A stretch of 64,000 nt of DNA. Origin: Sulfolobales archaeon HS-7. Its GTDB lineage: Archaea; Thermoproteota; Thermoprotei_A; Sulfolobales; Sulfolobaceae. A model generated the notes under the pieces. The model was not told the origin of the DNA. It worked only from the letters and a program-made list of their open reading frames with translations, and made no database searches. The stretch is from contig AP024596.1 in NCBI GenBank assembly GCA_019704295.1, positions 384,001-448,000 on the forward strand, written 5' to 3'. This document shows positions 21,768-31,370 of the stretch, piece by piece (positions within the stretch are counted from its first letter, which is position 1; each line of letters opens with the position of its first letter). The position numbers and the translations under genes are program-made.

Positions 21768-23105
21768 ATGGCATCATCGAAGGACGTTAACGAAGGTCAG
21801 TCCAAATCTCAGTTAAAGAGGGAGATTAGTTTTTTTGACATATTTTTCATGTCAATGGGAGGTCAGGCGCCGTTCCTATCTTTACTGTCATATGGTACGG
21901 CAGTCTTTACTGTAACTTTACTTTTCTCCCCGATCACAGTTATTATTGGGACTATCGTAGTCCTGTTTAATGGTATTGCAATATATTACCTCTCATCAAA
22001 GTTTACAATGGAAGGAGGGTATTACACCTACGCATTTTACGGTTTAAGTAAGAGATTAGGTCTAGAAACGGGGTGGATGTATCTCTTCTACTCAATCCTT
22101 TACGGAATGGGTTACATAGCAGGGGGTACCTTCGTCCTCAAATACGCCTTAGGCTTGCCTCCTTTTGAGGCCCTCTTCATAATACTTATCCCTGCGCTAA
22201 TTCTTCTCGTTTTAGGAATAAGACCTTCCACTAAATACGCTATTGCCGCAGCCTCACTCGAGGTCGCCATTCTTGTAGCGATATCGTTATTTTTCCTAAA
22301 TCTGGCAAAGTTTTCATTTTACGATCCTTTCGTCAAAATACCTCCAGCAAGTAATATAGTCGCAGGTGTCTTATTCGCTATAGGTCTACCCACGGGGTAC
22401 GGTTCAATAACCCCGATCAGTGGTGAGGTAAAGGACGCGAAAAAAGCCATAGGAAGGACCACATTAGCCGTAATTATAACTGGGGGTCTGCTAATAGCGC
22501 TGGTGGTCTACTCACTTCTCGATGCCGCCGTTCATGTAAACTTTGGAATTCTCTCCCAATACGAACCAATAATTGATTTAGTGAGAAACTACTTGGGATT
22601 AGGAGGGGAAGTCTTCTTGTTATTCGCGGCGATAAATGACGGAATACTGGCATCTCTTGCGTTTATGACAGCCGCCTCAAGAACCTTATTTACCATGGCA
22701 AGTCACGGATTTATCCCAGGAAATCTCGATAAGATCAGCGATAATAAGCCCCTCAGGGCGGTGCTGACTACAGCAGGAATTTTCGCATTACTGTCAACCC
22801 CTCTCCTAGTGGAAAACCCTTACCTGATTTTCCTTTCGTTAGGAACCCTTGCAGGACTAGGAAACCTTTTCGTTCACGCTTCGGCGGACTTCTCGCTGAT
22901 AAAGATATCCCTAAAGAGACTCATCAAAAGATTGAGACAATTCACCGTAGGAATTGTCGCGACCATCATATCGGTTTCCGTGTTAGTTTACTCCATAGTA
23001 ACTGGAGCCCCTGACATCGCGTACATATTCTTCGGTTGGATCATTGCAGGCTTTCTCTATTCCGAGATTCTAAACATGACTAAAGAGGAAGAGGAAGAGG
23101 AGTAG
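21768..23105 (+). CDS. APC family amino acid permease
   Basis: 12-TM profile, GGYYTY, SGEVKDAKK, ASRTLFTMA. Confidence 0.88.
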   Translation: MASSKDVNEGQSKSQLKREISFFDIFFMSMGGQAPFLSLLSYGTAVFTVTLLFSPITVIIGTIVVLFNGIAIYYLSSKFTMEGGYYTYAFYGLSKRLGLETGWMYLFYSILYGMGYIAGGTFVLKYALGLPPFEALFIILIPALILLVLGIRPSTKYAIAAASLEVAILVAISLFFLNLAKFSFYDPFVKIPPASNIVAGVLFAIGLPTGYGSITPISGEVKDAKKAIGRTTLAVIITGGLLIALVVYSLLDAAVHVNFGILSQYEPIIDLVRNYLGLGGEVFLLFAAINDGILASLAFMTAASRTLFTMASHGFIPGNLDKISDNKPLRAVLTTAGIFALLSTPLLVENPYLIFLSLGTLAGLGNLFVHASADFSLIKISLKRLIKRLRQFTVGIVATIISVSVLVYSIVTGAPDIAYIFFGWIIAGFLYSEILNMTKEEEEEE

Positions 23106-23135
23106 GTTTTTATTTGGCCAAGTAAATATACTTCA

Positions 23136-23882
23136 GTGAAAGCACTCTTCGTATCACATGGTTCGCCGATGATACTTGTAGAGAAGAATTCATGGAAGGA
23201 ATTACTTTCTGAAATAGGTAAAGAATTCGCTGATTTTGACAGAGTTGTTATAGTTAGTCCCCACTTCGCTACATGGGATAAACATTACGTAGAGGTTCAG
23301 GAAAGATTGGAGTGTATTCAAGACTATTACGGTTTTCCAGAGGAGCTTTACAAGTTCTGCTATTCTGCCCCTAATGATGTAGAGTTCGCTGAGGCCATAG
23401 TTAGAGGATTAGAACGTGAAGGAATCCCAGTAAAAGCTGACACTTCGTGGGGACTTGATCATGGCGCGTGGATTCCCCTCATGTATATGTTTCCGTTTCC
23501 TAAGAAGGTCGTAACGGTGTCAATTACCCCTAACGGTCCTGAAGAACATGTAAGAATAGGTGAGGTAATTGGATCTCTAGCTGACGATAAAACGCTCGTA
23601 ATAGGTACAGGTTCTCCAACCCATAGGTTGGATTTAATGTATATGAAAGTGGGAAAATGGAACTCAAAATTCGACGCCATGCTAATGGAATTAATAAACC
23701 AAGGTGACGTTATTGGACTACTCAATCTCCCGAGTAAAAAGGAATGGATTGAAGCTCAGCCAGAAGGAGATTTAGCGCCATTTTACGTGGCTTTAGGTTC
23801 GTCAAGTGGTAAGAAGGGAAGAGTTCTCAGTTACACCTCTCCAGAATACGGAGTAAGCATGTTGGCTGTAGAGTTCGATTAA
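23136..23882 (+). CDS. LigB/DODA-type extradiol dioxygenase family protein
   Basis: LFVSHGSPM, SPH, DYYGFP..Y, WGLDHGAWIPL, GSPTH. Confidence 0.88.
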   Translation: MKALFVSHGSPMILVEKNSWKELLSEIGKEFADFDRVVIVSPHFATWDKHYVEVQERLECIQDYYGFPEELYKFCYSAPNDVEFAEAIVRGLEREGIPVKADTSWGLDHGAWIPLMYMFPFPKKVVTVSITPNGPEEHVRIGEVIGSLADDKTLVIGTGSPTHRLDLMYMKVGKWNSKFDAMLMELINQGDVIGLLNLPSKKEWIEAQPEGDLAPFYVALGSSSGKKGRVLSYTSPEYGVSMLAVEFD

Positions 23883-24100
23883 TATTACTTTGGTATCAAC
23901 CTACATGGTGAATCACCCTACCCCAAAAATCCAAAATAATTCGCCTTATAATATTTAATAATGATATAACATTAAAAGTAGCCAACCTATAATGTAGTGA
24001 AACACCTGTTAAAGAATATATGGGATCAGTTTAGCGGTATTAAGTCCTTACTACTCTCGAATGCGTAAAAAATTTTTGCCTTTAATTACGTGTTTTCCTA

Positions 24101-25165
24101 ATGATAATTAAAGCAGAGAAGATAGTCCTGAATACGACGATCATCTCAGGGTCTATAGAATTTGACGACAATGGAATAATTACAGCGGTTAACAAGGGTT
24201 CTACGAACAACGGGCTTATTCTGGTACCAGGCTTCGTAGATACCCACACTCACGGAATAGCGGGAAGGGACTTCTCCATTTCAGCAGAGGATGTAATCGA
24301 GGATTACGTCAAACATGGAGTAACGACTTACATCCCAACTGCAGTGTCTTTGAGCAGAGAAGGACTTAGAAAATTCTGTAGTCAAATGGCCTCTTCGAAA
24401 TCGAATGTATTCAACTTAGAGGGTCCTTACATAAGTGCGAGTAAGAGAGGTGCACATGCACTCTCTAATTTAAGAAAGCCTGATATAAGAGAGGTTGTTG
24501 AATGCATGAAGCTTTCCAAAAACAAACTTGCTGTAATAACCGTAGCACCAGAAATTGCAATGGAAGTAATTCCAGAGCTGATAAAAATGGGAATTATTGT
24601 GTCGATTGGACATACCGATGCAGATTTCCCCGTTTCCGAACTTGCTTACTTAAGTGGGGCAACTAGAACTACTCATATATTTAACGCAATGAGGACGTTC
24701 CATCACAGGGACCCCGGAGTAATTATCGCTTCTCTCCTTTACTCTAACTTCATTGAGGTGATTCCAGATTTTTTCCATGTTGATCAGCAAATTATCAAAT
24801 ACTTAATTCAGAACCACTGGAGAAGGTTGGTCGCCATAACAGACTCAATATCCGCTACAGACCTAGGTGATGGAGAGTATTCTCTAGGAGACGAAAAGGT
24901 ATTCGTAAAGGGAGGAAAAGCTAAACTCAAGGATGGAACCATTGCGGGTAGCACACTAACGATGGATAAGGCTTTTAGAAACGTTCTCGAGTTAACAGAT
25001 CTTCTTACGACATCTTCGATCGTAAGCTATAATCCGGCTAAATCTATTAATCTCAACGATAGGGGGGAACTGGGTATAGGGAAGAGAGCCGACTTAGTTG
25101 TCCTAGATTCGCATTATACTTTGAAGGAGGTTTACGCAGAAGGCAAGCTACTATTTCAGCATTAA
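24101..25165 (+). CDS. nagA: N-acetylglucosamine-6-phosphate deacetylase
   Basis: PGFVDTHTHG, LEGPY, GAH, VAPE, GHTDA, THIFNAM, ITD, IAGSTLTM, NPA. Confidence 0.92.
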   Translation: MIIKAEKIVLNTTIISGSIEFDDNGIITAVNKGSTNNGLILVPGFVDTHTHGIAGRDFSISAEDVIEDYVKHGVTTYIPTAVSLSREGLRKFCSQMASSKSNVFNLEGPYISASKRGAHALSNLRKPDIREVVECMKLSKNKLAVITVAPEIAMEVIPELIKMGIIVSIGHTDADFPVSELAYLSGATRTTHIFNAMRTFHHRDPGVIIASLLYSNFIEVIPDFFHVDQQIIKYLIQNHWRRLVAITDSISATDLGDGEYSLGDEKVFVKGGKAKLKDGTIAGSTLTMDKAFRNVLELTDLLTTSSIVSYNPAKSINLNDRGELGIGKRADLVVLDSHYTLKEVYAEGKLLFQH

Positions 25166-25166
25166 G

Positions 25167-25260
25167 TGCGGGGACGGGGATTCGAACCCCGGATGGCCTA
25201 CGCCAGCGGATCTCTTAACGGGTCTTGAGTCCGCCCCCTTGACCGCTCGGGCACCCCCGC
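25167..25260 (-). tRNA. tRNA-Leu(CAA) with 12-nt intron at 37/38 (intron 25212-25223)
   Basis: Reverse complement: GCGGGGG acceptor, GCGGA-CTCAAG[ACCCGTTAAGAG]A-TCCGC anticodon arm, long variable arm, CGGGG-TTCGAAT-CCCCG, A discriminator. Confidence 0.95.
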
Positions 25261-25339
25261 ACGCTAATATCTCCTGTTTTACTCCTTTTATTCTTGTCGC
25301 TGGTTAAAAGTATAGTTGATTTTTTAATCATTTCCTCAC

Positions 25340-26327
25340 TAACCCAAAGACGATGGTTCTCCTCGCGGATCCGAGTTCATATCCCTTATCTGAGGGGTAG
25401 TGGAGAGAGCAATATACACCTCCCATTTAAGTTCGTGATCGCGATAATGTCCGGGTTGTTTTCATAATCACACGGACATAAGAACAACGATGTGAGACTT
25501 CAACCGTCTTCTTACCGCACTTATGACAAGTCATGAACGAATAACTGGGGTTAACGTACTCAACCGTAATCTCACGCTTCGCAGCCTACCATTGGATCTA
25601 TTACTGAATACTGCAGTACAGGATGAGATGGAGCTTATTCCTGAACTCGGGAGCTAAGTTATTTACCTGGTGTCATATTCCTCAAGCTCTCCATTTTAAT
25701 GACGTTTACATAAAAGTCCTGCGGTACCACAACGACTTACTTTCTTAGCGAAGTCCAACATAACGTGTTTAGCCGTCACGTGAGAGTGGGGGGATCCTTG
25801 CCATAACATGTTTACTTCTTTGTCTCCTGGTATACTTACTCTGAAAGGACTCAGCTAAGAGTCTAAAGCATTTAACCTCTTCTAATCGTGCAGTAATGCT
25901 AAGTTAGTCAGAATCGTCCTTTCCTGCAACGACTTCACACAAGTTAATGTCCATAACGAGGCTTCCCTAGGCTTACCTTTCAGTGACTCTCTTAAACATC
26001 ATCTTAAGGGAAGCCTTATCGTCCTTGATTAGGAACCTTACCTCCTTCATATTTCATGTTCAAAGAAATGAAGGGTCCTCGGATAACCCAGAGTAAGTAT
26101 CTCTATCCCTGCTATCCTCACGGTCACCCCTCGAAGACCACGAGGTAACTAGTCATGGACATAAGTTATATCGTAAGGTTGTAGACACTGAGGAACCTAC
26201 TCTTCTTGGGATTATTCAACCATTTCCTTTAACCAGAATAACGCATACCTTAATGCCTTAAGATAACGATTTAAGAGGATTAGGAGGGAATCATTCTTCC
26301 AATCTTGATGGAAATCATTCCTCTCAT
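25340..26327 (-). pseudogene. tnpB: degraded IS200/IS605 tnpB (RNA-guided nuclease) pseudogene
   Basis: Fragments across frames: YALFWLKE, VTVRIAG, KEVRFLIKDDKASLK, VMDINLCEVVAGKDD (RuvC-I), [15 protein letters not shown] (Zn ribbon), [16 protein letters not shown]; many stops and frameshifts. Confidence 0.88.
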
Positions 26328-26482
26328 TGTGTTCTTTCTACTCCTTCCAGACATTAAATAGCCAAAGGATAAGTACTTACATACAAGAGGATTATCCCAA
26401 CCTCACAGAGGCAGAACTTTCCGCTTCCTTAACTCATATTTTTGTAAAAAACTTATTTATTCTCTGCGAGTACTTTGAAATT

Positions 26483-26677
26483 ATGAATGAATGGCAGAAA
26501 TGGATGTTAGTACTTTTACCACTAGGAATAGTACTCTCTATATCTGTACTATCGGTTTTCATATTAATGAGAATACCACAATATTATGAGGCGATTCCAA
26601 TAATAGTAGGGTTCTCAGTGGTCATGGGATTAATAGCCGTTTTCGTAAGGGTTTTCCTAGGTAAATGGGCTTTATGA
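26483..26677 (+). CDS. small two-TM membrane protein
   Basis: Start moved to MNEWQKW, preceded by TTATTTA TATA-like element; the upstream part of the ORF-track call overlaps the IS end. Confidence 0.7.
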   Translation: MNEWQKWMLVLLPLGIVLSISVLSVFILMRIPQYYEAIPIIVGFSVVMGLIAVFVRVFLGKWAL

Positions 26678-27183
26678 GAGATAATGATAAGATTCGGAAC
26701 TCCATCGACGCATCTTACAGGAAATTAAGTCGCTCCTGATACGAGTCTAACTATGTGGAACTTCCGCTAATTCACCTTCTTGTTGCCCACGTTAATCTAC
26801 GTCATTGTGCACCACAGAATGAGAAGTTCAGACATTCCTGAAATTCATGGATGGTTATATCTGGGTTTTTTGCTAATTCAGTTTGTTTAGAAAAACAAAA
26901 CGAATTTAATTAAACTATTCCGTATCAACTAGCTGAAGATCCGTAGTTTATAGTTTCCTTTATTTGACCTGTCTTAGCCACAATTACAATTAACTATTGA
27001 CATCTGAATTGTCCTCATATAGAAACTTGCGAGTAATGTAGTCGATTAGGAAATAGGTTCGCAGTCGTTATTTACACTAACATATTAATAATAGTGAGAT
27101 TTTGAATTTGCATTTAGGGCAGTCAACGGACTGGAAATGTATAGATAGGAAAAAAATATTTACTTCCCTGGAAATAAAAGATT

Positions 27184-27627
27184 ATGGATAGCAATAATAT
27201 TCTTGAGATATTAAGGAGTTATCATGTAATAGCAACTGTGGGATTTTCAAAAGATCCCAGCAAACCCTCTCATCAAGTACCGAAGTTCCTCATTGCTAGA
27301 GGATATAAGGTGATACCAGTAAATCCTACTGTCGATCAGATATTAGGCTTAAAATCTTATAAAACAGTTACGGAAATTCCAGAACCAATTGAGATTGTCC
27401 AGGTATTCAGACCATCCAAGGATATACCTCAAGTCGTTAACGACGTTTTAGAAAGAGTAGAAAAGAAGGAAGACGTCAAGGTGTTATGGCTTCAAGAGGG
27501 TATAAGAAATGATGAGGCTGTAAAGCCCTTGTTAGGAAAGCTAAAGGTGGTTCAGGACAGGTGCATGTATAAAGAGTATATGAAGCTGATAGAGGGAAAT
27601 CAGAATCCAGAACCGTTAACGAAGTAA
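27184..27627 (+). CDS. CoA-binding protein (YccU-like)
   Basis: IATVGFSKDPSKPS, IPVNP, VFRPS, WLQEGI, DRCM. Confidence 0.92.
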   Translation: MDSNNILEILRSYHVIATVGFSKDPSKPSHQVPKFLIARGYKVIPVNPTVDQILGLKSYKTVTEIPEPIEIVQVFRPSKDIPQVVNDVLERVEKKEDVKVLWLQEGIRNDEAVKPLLGKLKVVQDRCMYKEYMKLIEGNQNPEPLTK

Positions 27628-27848
27628 GACCCCTGCTCTAACTGGTAAGATTCAAAATTTATCTTGTTAATTATACATACAAGATGTTCAAAATCCACAA
27701 TGTATTGGAAACTGTTAGTTATGACTTTCTTTTTATTTTAATTTATAAAATCTAATTGGATAATCTGGATGTATTTCTCCTATCTTAAATTCCGCACGAT
27801 TAATCCCCCATCAAAGTTAAATCTTCTTACTATCGATCTAGGGAATAT

Positions 27849-29501
27849 ATGTTCAACTCTTACGCAATCATTACGATATTTGTCATCTCGACAGCTTTAT
27901 TGATCACGAGGAAAGTAAGGTATGACATCATAGGTGCACTCGTATTTATCGCCTTACTCCTAGTAGGGGCAGTCCCAATAAAAATCGGATTAGAGGATCT
28001 CAGCAGTCCTGCGGTAATAGTCCTGATTTCTGTACTATTACTTAGTAAAAGCATAGAGTCATCAGGATTTCTAGAAAACTTCGGAGAGTTCCTATCGGTG
28101 AAATTAAGGAGAAGTACTGCGGTTACTTTTACACTACTCCTTCTAGTGGGTTTCGCCTCTGGTTTCGTAAGCGACGTAGCTTTAACTGCAATAATGATTC
28201 CGGTGTTCTCCTATGTCAGTGAGAAGTTCAATGAAAGCAAGTCCAAGTACCTCATCCCTCTTTCCTATGCTGCAATACTCGGAGGGAGATATACAATCAT
28301 AGGAACTACTCCGAATATTGTTATAGATCAGCTTTGGTATGAAAAAACCGGTAACTTCCTTCCGTTCTTCCAGTTCTTGAAGGTGGGCCTTATAATGATG
28401 TCTTTCGGATTTATTGGGCTTTTCGTAATATCCAAGTTACTACCATCTATAAGCAAACCACTGAACTCGATAGAGGACTTCAAAACTAAGAATTACGTAG
28501 TAGAAGCTAAATTAGAAGACGGAGAACTTATAGGGAAGCCGATTAGTTACTTAGAAGGAATTGGGGTAAAAGTATTAGATGTCTTTCCTAGAAGAATGTC
28601 CTTCGGTCAACGCGTTCTCATGAAAGGAGATACGATTCTAATGGAGATCTCGCCAGATAAGTTGCCTAACATTACTTCCATTGATGGGCTTAAACTCGCA
28701 CCTTCGTCTTCAACAGTGGAAGGGGGCGACGTAAGGGAACTTCTCGTCACTTCAAGCTCCTTAGCAGTAGGAAAGACTATAGCTGATATCGAACCTGATT
28801 TCGTGTATAGCGTGAAGGTTTTGGGAATTTCTGGAAGGCTTATTCAAGGCAATGTAAGTAAAATAAATATAGCTCCAGGAGACATCCTCCTAGTCCAAGG
28901 TAAAGACGAGAATATAACGAAAATGATGAATTCTCTGGGGCTAGTTCCCCTTTATGAAAGGAAGATAAAGGTGTTTAATCCCAAGAAGGGGATAGTAGCT
29001 ATTGCTTCCCTGACAACAGCCGTAATCTTGTCGAGTTTAGGAGTTAACACAGCCGAATCTTTTCTAATAGGGATTCTACCTACGGCTATTATTGAATACA
29101 AAAATATATATAGGTATATAGATTGGCCTCTAGTAATCTTCGTAGCTACTTATATTCCAATGGGTTATGCTCTGCAATCAACGGGATTTTTGCTAAAGAT
29201 TCCCTATCTGAACAACCTACTGGTGCTTTTCCTTTTTACAGTCCTTATAGCCAACTTGGTCAACAATATATCGGCTTCCGTAATAATGGGACCAGTTGCG
29301 CTAACCTTACCACATCCCCTTCTCTCTTTAACAGTAGTAGCCATGGGGAGTTCATCTACTTTCCTAACACCATTTAGTCATCAGGCTAATCTCTTAGTTA
29401 ATGATGCGGGAGGATATTCGGTAAAACATTACTTAATATCCGGCACGATAATTTTGTCACTTGTATTTATAGGCCTTCTAATTTTCTTGTTCGTTCACTG
29501 A
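27849..29501 (+). CDS. SLC13/DASS family permease with TrkA-C domains
   Basis: SGFVSD, LIPLSYAAILGG.YTIIGTTPN, central TrkA-C repeats, FLTPFSHQANLLV..GGY. Confidence 0.88.
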   Translation: MFNSYAIITIFVISTALLITRKVRYDIIGALVFIALLLVGAVPIKIGLEDLSSPAVIVLISVLLLSKSIESSGFLENFGEFLSVKLRRSTAVTFTLLLLVGFASGFVSDVALTAIMIPVFSYVSEKFNESKSKYLIPLSYAAILGGRYTIIGTTPNIVIDQLWYEKTGNFLPFFQFLKVGLIMMSFGFIGLFVISKLLPSISKPLNSIEDFKTKNYVVEAKLEDGELIGKPISYLEGIGVKVLDVFPRRMSFGQRVLMKGDTILMEISPDKLPNITSIDGLKLAPSSSTVEGGDVRELLVTSSSLAVGKTIADIEPDFVYSVKVLGISGRLIQGNVSKINIAPGDILLVQGKDENITKMMNSLGLVPLYERKIKVFNPKKGIVAIASLTTAVILSSLGVNTAESFLIGILPTAIIEYKNIYRYIDWPLVIFVATYIPMGYALQSTGFLLKIPYLNNLLVLFLFTVLIANLVNNISASVIMGPVALTLPHPLLSLTVVAMGSSSTFLTPFSHQANLLVNDAGGYSVKHYLISGTIILSLVFIGLLIFLFVH

Positions 29502-29866
29502 GAAGCTATTACGGATATTTCAACTTTGCTACCTCGTGGGAGTTCTTTTACTCCCACCGTAACTCTCGCAGGCGGATTTGAGGTAAAGTACTTTGAGTAC
29601 TCTTCATTAAACTCCTGAAAATCCCTCATGTCTGATAAGAACACAAAGGACATAACCACGTTCTTCACATCGAGTGAAGATGCCTTCAATATAGCCCTTA
29701 TGTTCTCTAATACTTGCCTTGTTTGTTCCCTAATCCCAGGGGGGATTTCTCCAGTTTTCGGATTAATGGGAATTTGTCCCGAGATGAAGAGTAAGTTTCC
29801 CGCTTTAACGCCCTGGGAATAAGGACCAATGGGCTTAGGTGCCTCCTCTGTGAATACTGTTTCCAT
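29495..29866 (-). CDS. ridA: RidA/YjgF/UK114 reactive intermediate deaminase
   Basis: APKPIGPYSQ, FISGQIP, FNEEY, PPARVTV, LP..VEI. Confidence 0.93.
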   Translation of the reverse strand: METVFTEEAPKPIGPYSQGVKAGNLLFISGQIPINPKTGEIPPGIREQTRQVLENIRAILKASSLDVKNVVMSFVFLSDMRDFQEFNEEYSKYFTSNPPARVTVGVKELPRGSKVEISVIASQ

Positions 29867-29944
29867 GTGTGTTAGTTTCATTTCGGGTATAAAAGATAGG
29901 AGTTTCTCCGTATAGTGAAACTTACTATGTTGTAAAGGGAGAAG

Positions 29945-30215
29945 TTTCCTATTTCACGGCTCCGCCCTGCCAGTACTGGTAGAAGGCGTAACTTGACTAG
30001 AACTAAGGATTACATCGACCCCTAAGTGAACTTGGTTTTGGTGTCCCACACGGAACTGATTGAAGCGTAATGCATTAACCACCAATTTAATCGAGACGTC
30101 TAGGTGAAGCCTACTTCTTCGGCAACTGTCATTAATATTATGTTTTTTCTGCATTTAAACTACAAAGGGGACTATTCACTTCTATCTAAAAAGAAGGAGT
30201 TTTCGTCCCTTTGAG
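29945..30215. mobile_element. possible degenerate IS200/IS605-end remnant
   Basis: Ends in GGGGACTATTCAC...GAAGGAGTTTTCGTCCCTTTGA, similar to motifs at about 9650 and 56175. Confidence 0.35.
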
Positions 30216-30285
30216 CACATAACTTTATAAATAGTGTGTTTAAGAGGATTAACATTTTTAGGGAAACCCCTGAATTCAGGGCAAG

Positions 30286-30597
30286 TTACTCTTCTAAGAG
30301 CTCGTCCAAGAGTTTCTCTCCGTAATCCTGTTCACCAGTAACTATAAGATCATCCTTACCATCTTCGTAGTATTTGAGTACTTCCTTTTTCACTCCTTCA
30401 ATACTAGACGGAATAATGTCAACGACTTCTCCTCCTCTATATTTATCGTCCTCATAAATAACGAATGTAGTATTAGCGTAATACACTATTCTATATGTAG
30501 CTATTACCTTCCCGTCTTCTACTTTCTTATAAACGTTAACTGTTAGAAGTGGTTCTGTCATTCCGTGTCTTATCCACTCATAATACTTTACCTTCAT
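30286..30597 (-). CDS. conserved hypothetical protein
   Basis: 103-aa acidic ORF, translationally coupled (ATGA overlap) to the xdhC-like gene. Confidence 0.75.
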   Translation of the reverse strand: MKVKYYEWIRHGMTEPLLTVNVYKKVEDGKVIATYRIVYYANTTFVIYEDDKYRGGEVVDIIPSSIEGVKKEVLKYYEDGKDDLIVTGEQDYGEKLLDELLEE

Positions 30598-31169
30598 AGA
30601 GAATCTACCAGCTGAGGGGTGTTCTTGATTTCGCTTAATGGTCTACCTGTTCCTCCTCTATCATATGCGATTATTTCAGCGATTATACTTAACGCTATTT
30701 CCTCCTCGTTCTCAGCCTTTATGTCTAGTCCGGCAGGAAGCCTCAAAGCCTTGAGTTTGTCCTTGGATAAGCCGTTGTCGACTAATCTTTTTAAGACGAC
30801 TTTAGCCCTTTTTGGACTCATAACTACCCATACAGCCTTTGCTCCAGCACCAAGGGATTTGGTTATAGCCCAGCTATCGTAAACGTGCTTGGTAGCAACT
30901 ACTGAGTAAGCCCCCTTAATTTCGTCGTCTGGAACTGAGAAGTTAACGTCACCTATAATTTTATCTGCCTCATAATGGGTCTCATCTGCAAAAGGGTCAA
31001 CAACGACGACCTGATTTTTCAGATACTTAGCAAAATGAGCTAAATGTGGTGCAATACTTATTGATTTTCCAGTACACTTACTAGCATCAACTTTTACGGA
31101 ATCCCTATCACAAAATACAGGTTCTTCGAACTCAGTTTCCCTACTGGAGGTAAAAATCACTATCTTCAT
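30594..31169 (-). CDS. XdhC family Mo-hydroxylase maturation factor (C-terminal Rossmann part)
   Basis: VVATKH..D, MSPKRA, PAGLDIKAENEEEIALSIIAEII. Confidence 0.85.
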   Translation of the reverse strand: MKIVIFTSSRETEFEEPVFCDRDSVKVDASKCTGKSISIAPHLAHFAKYLKNQVVVVDPFADETHYEADKIIGDVNFSVPDDEIKGAYSVVATKHVYDSWAITKSLGAGAKAVWVVMSPKRAKVVLKRLVDNGLSKDKLKALRLPAGLDIKAENEEEIALSIIAEIIAYDRGGTGRPLSEIKNTPQLVDSL

Positions 31170-31370
31170 AAGGTTAAAATAAGCATAACCAATTATATAC
31201 TTTCCCTGGATCCCTTACGACTTCCCTAACCACAAATCGAAAATTCAGTAATTGACTACTTATGCAGGTATTGAAGTTAAGACAAATTCTAATCTACCTT
31301 ACAGTAGAGAGTAAGCGGTTAACTCAAAAACAACCGTTCTTCTAACCTGTTCGTTTCGTCAGATTTCACG

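Noticed and set aside
26684-26740. Second C/D box sRNA (ATGATAA...CTGA)
   Set aside because: Imperfect C box and no convincing D'/C' boxes.
27125-27180. ORB-like replication origin words (CTGGAAA)
   Set aside because: Too short, no G-string, no adjacent cdc6/whiP.
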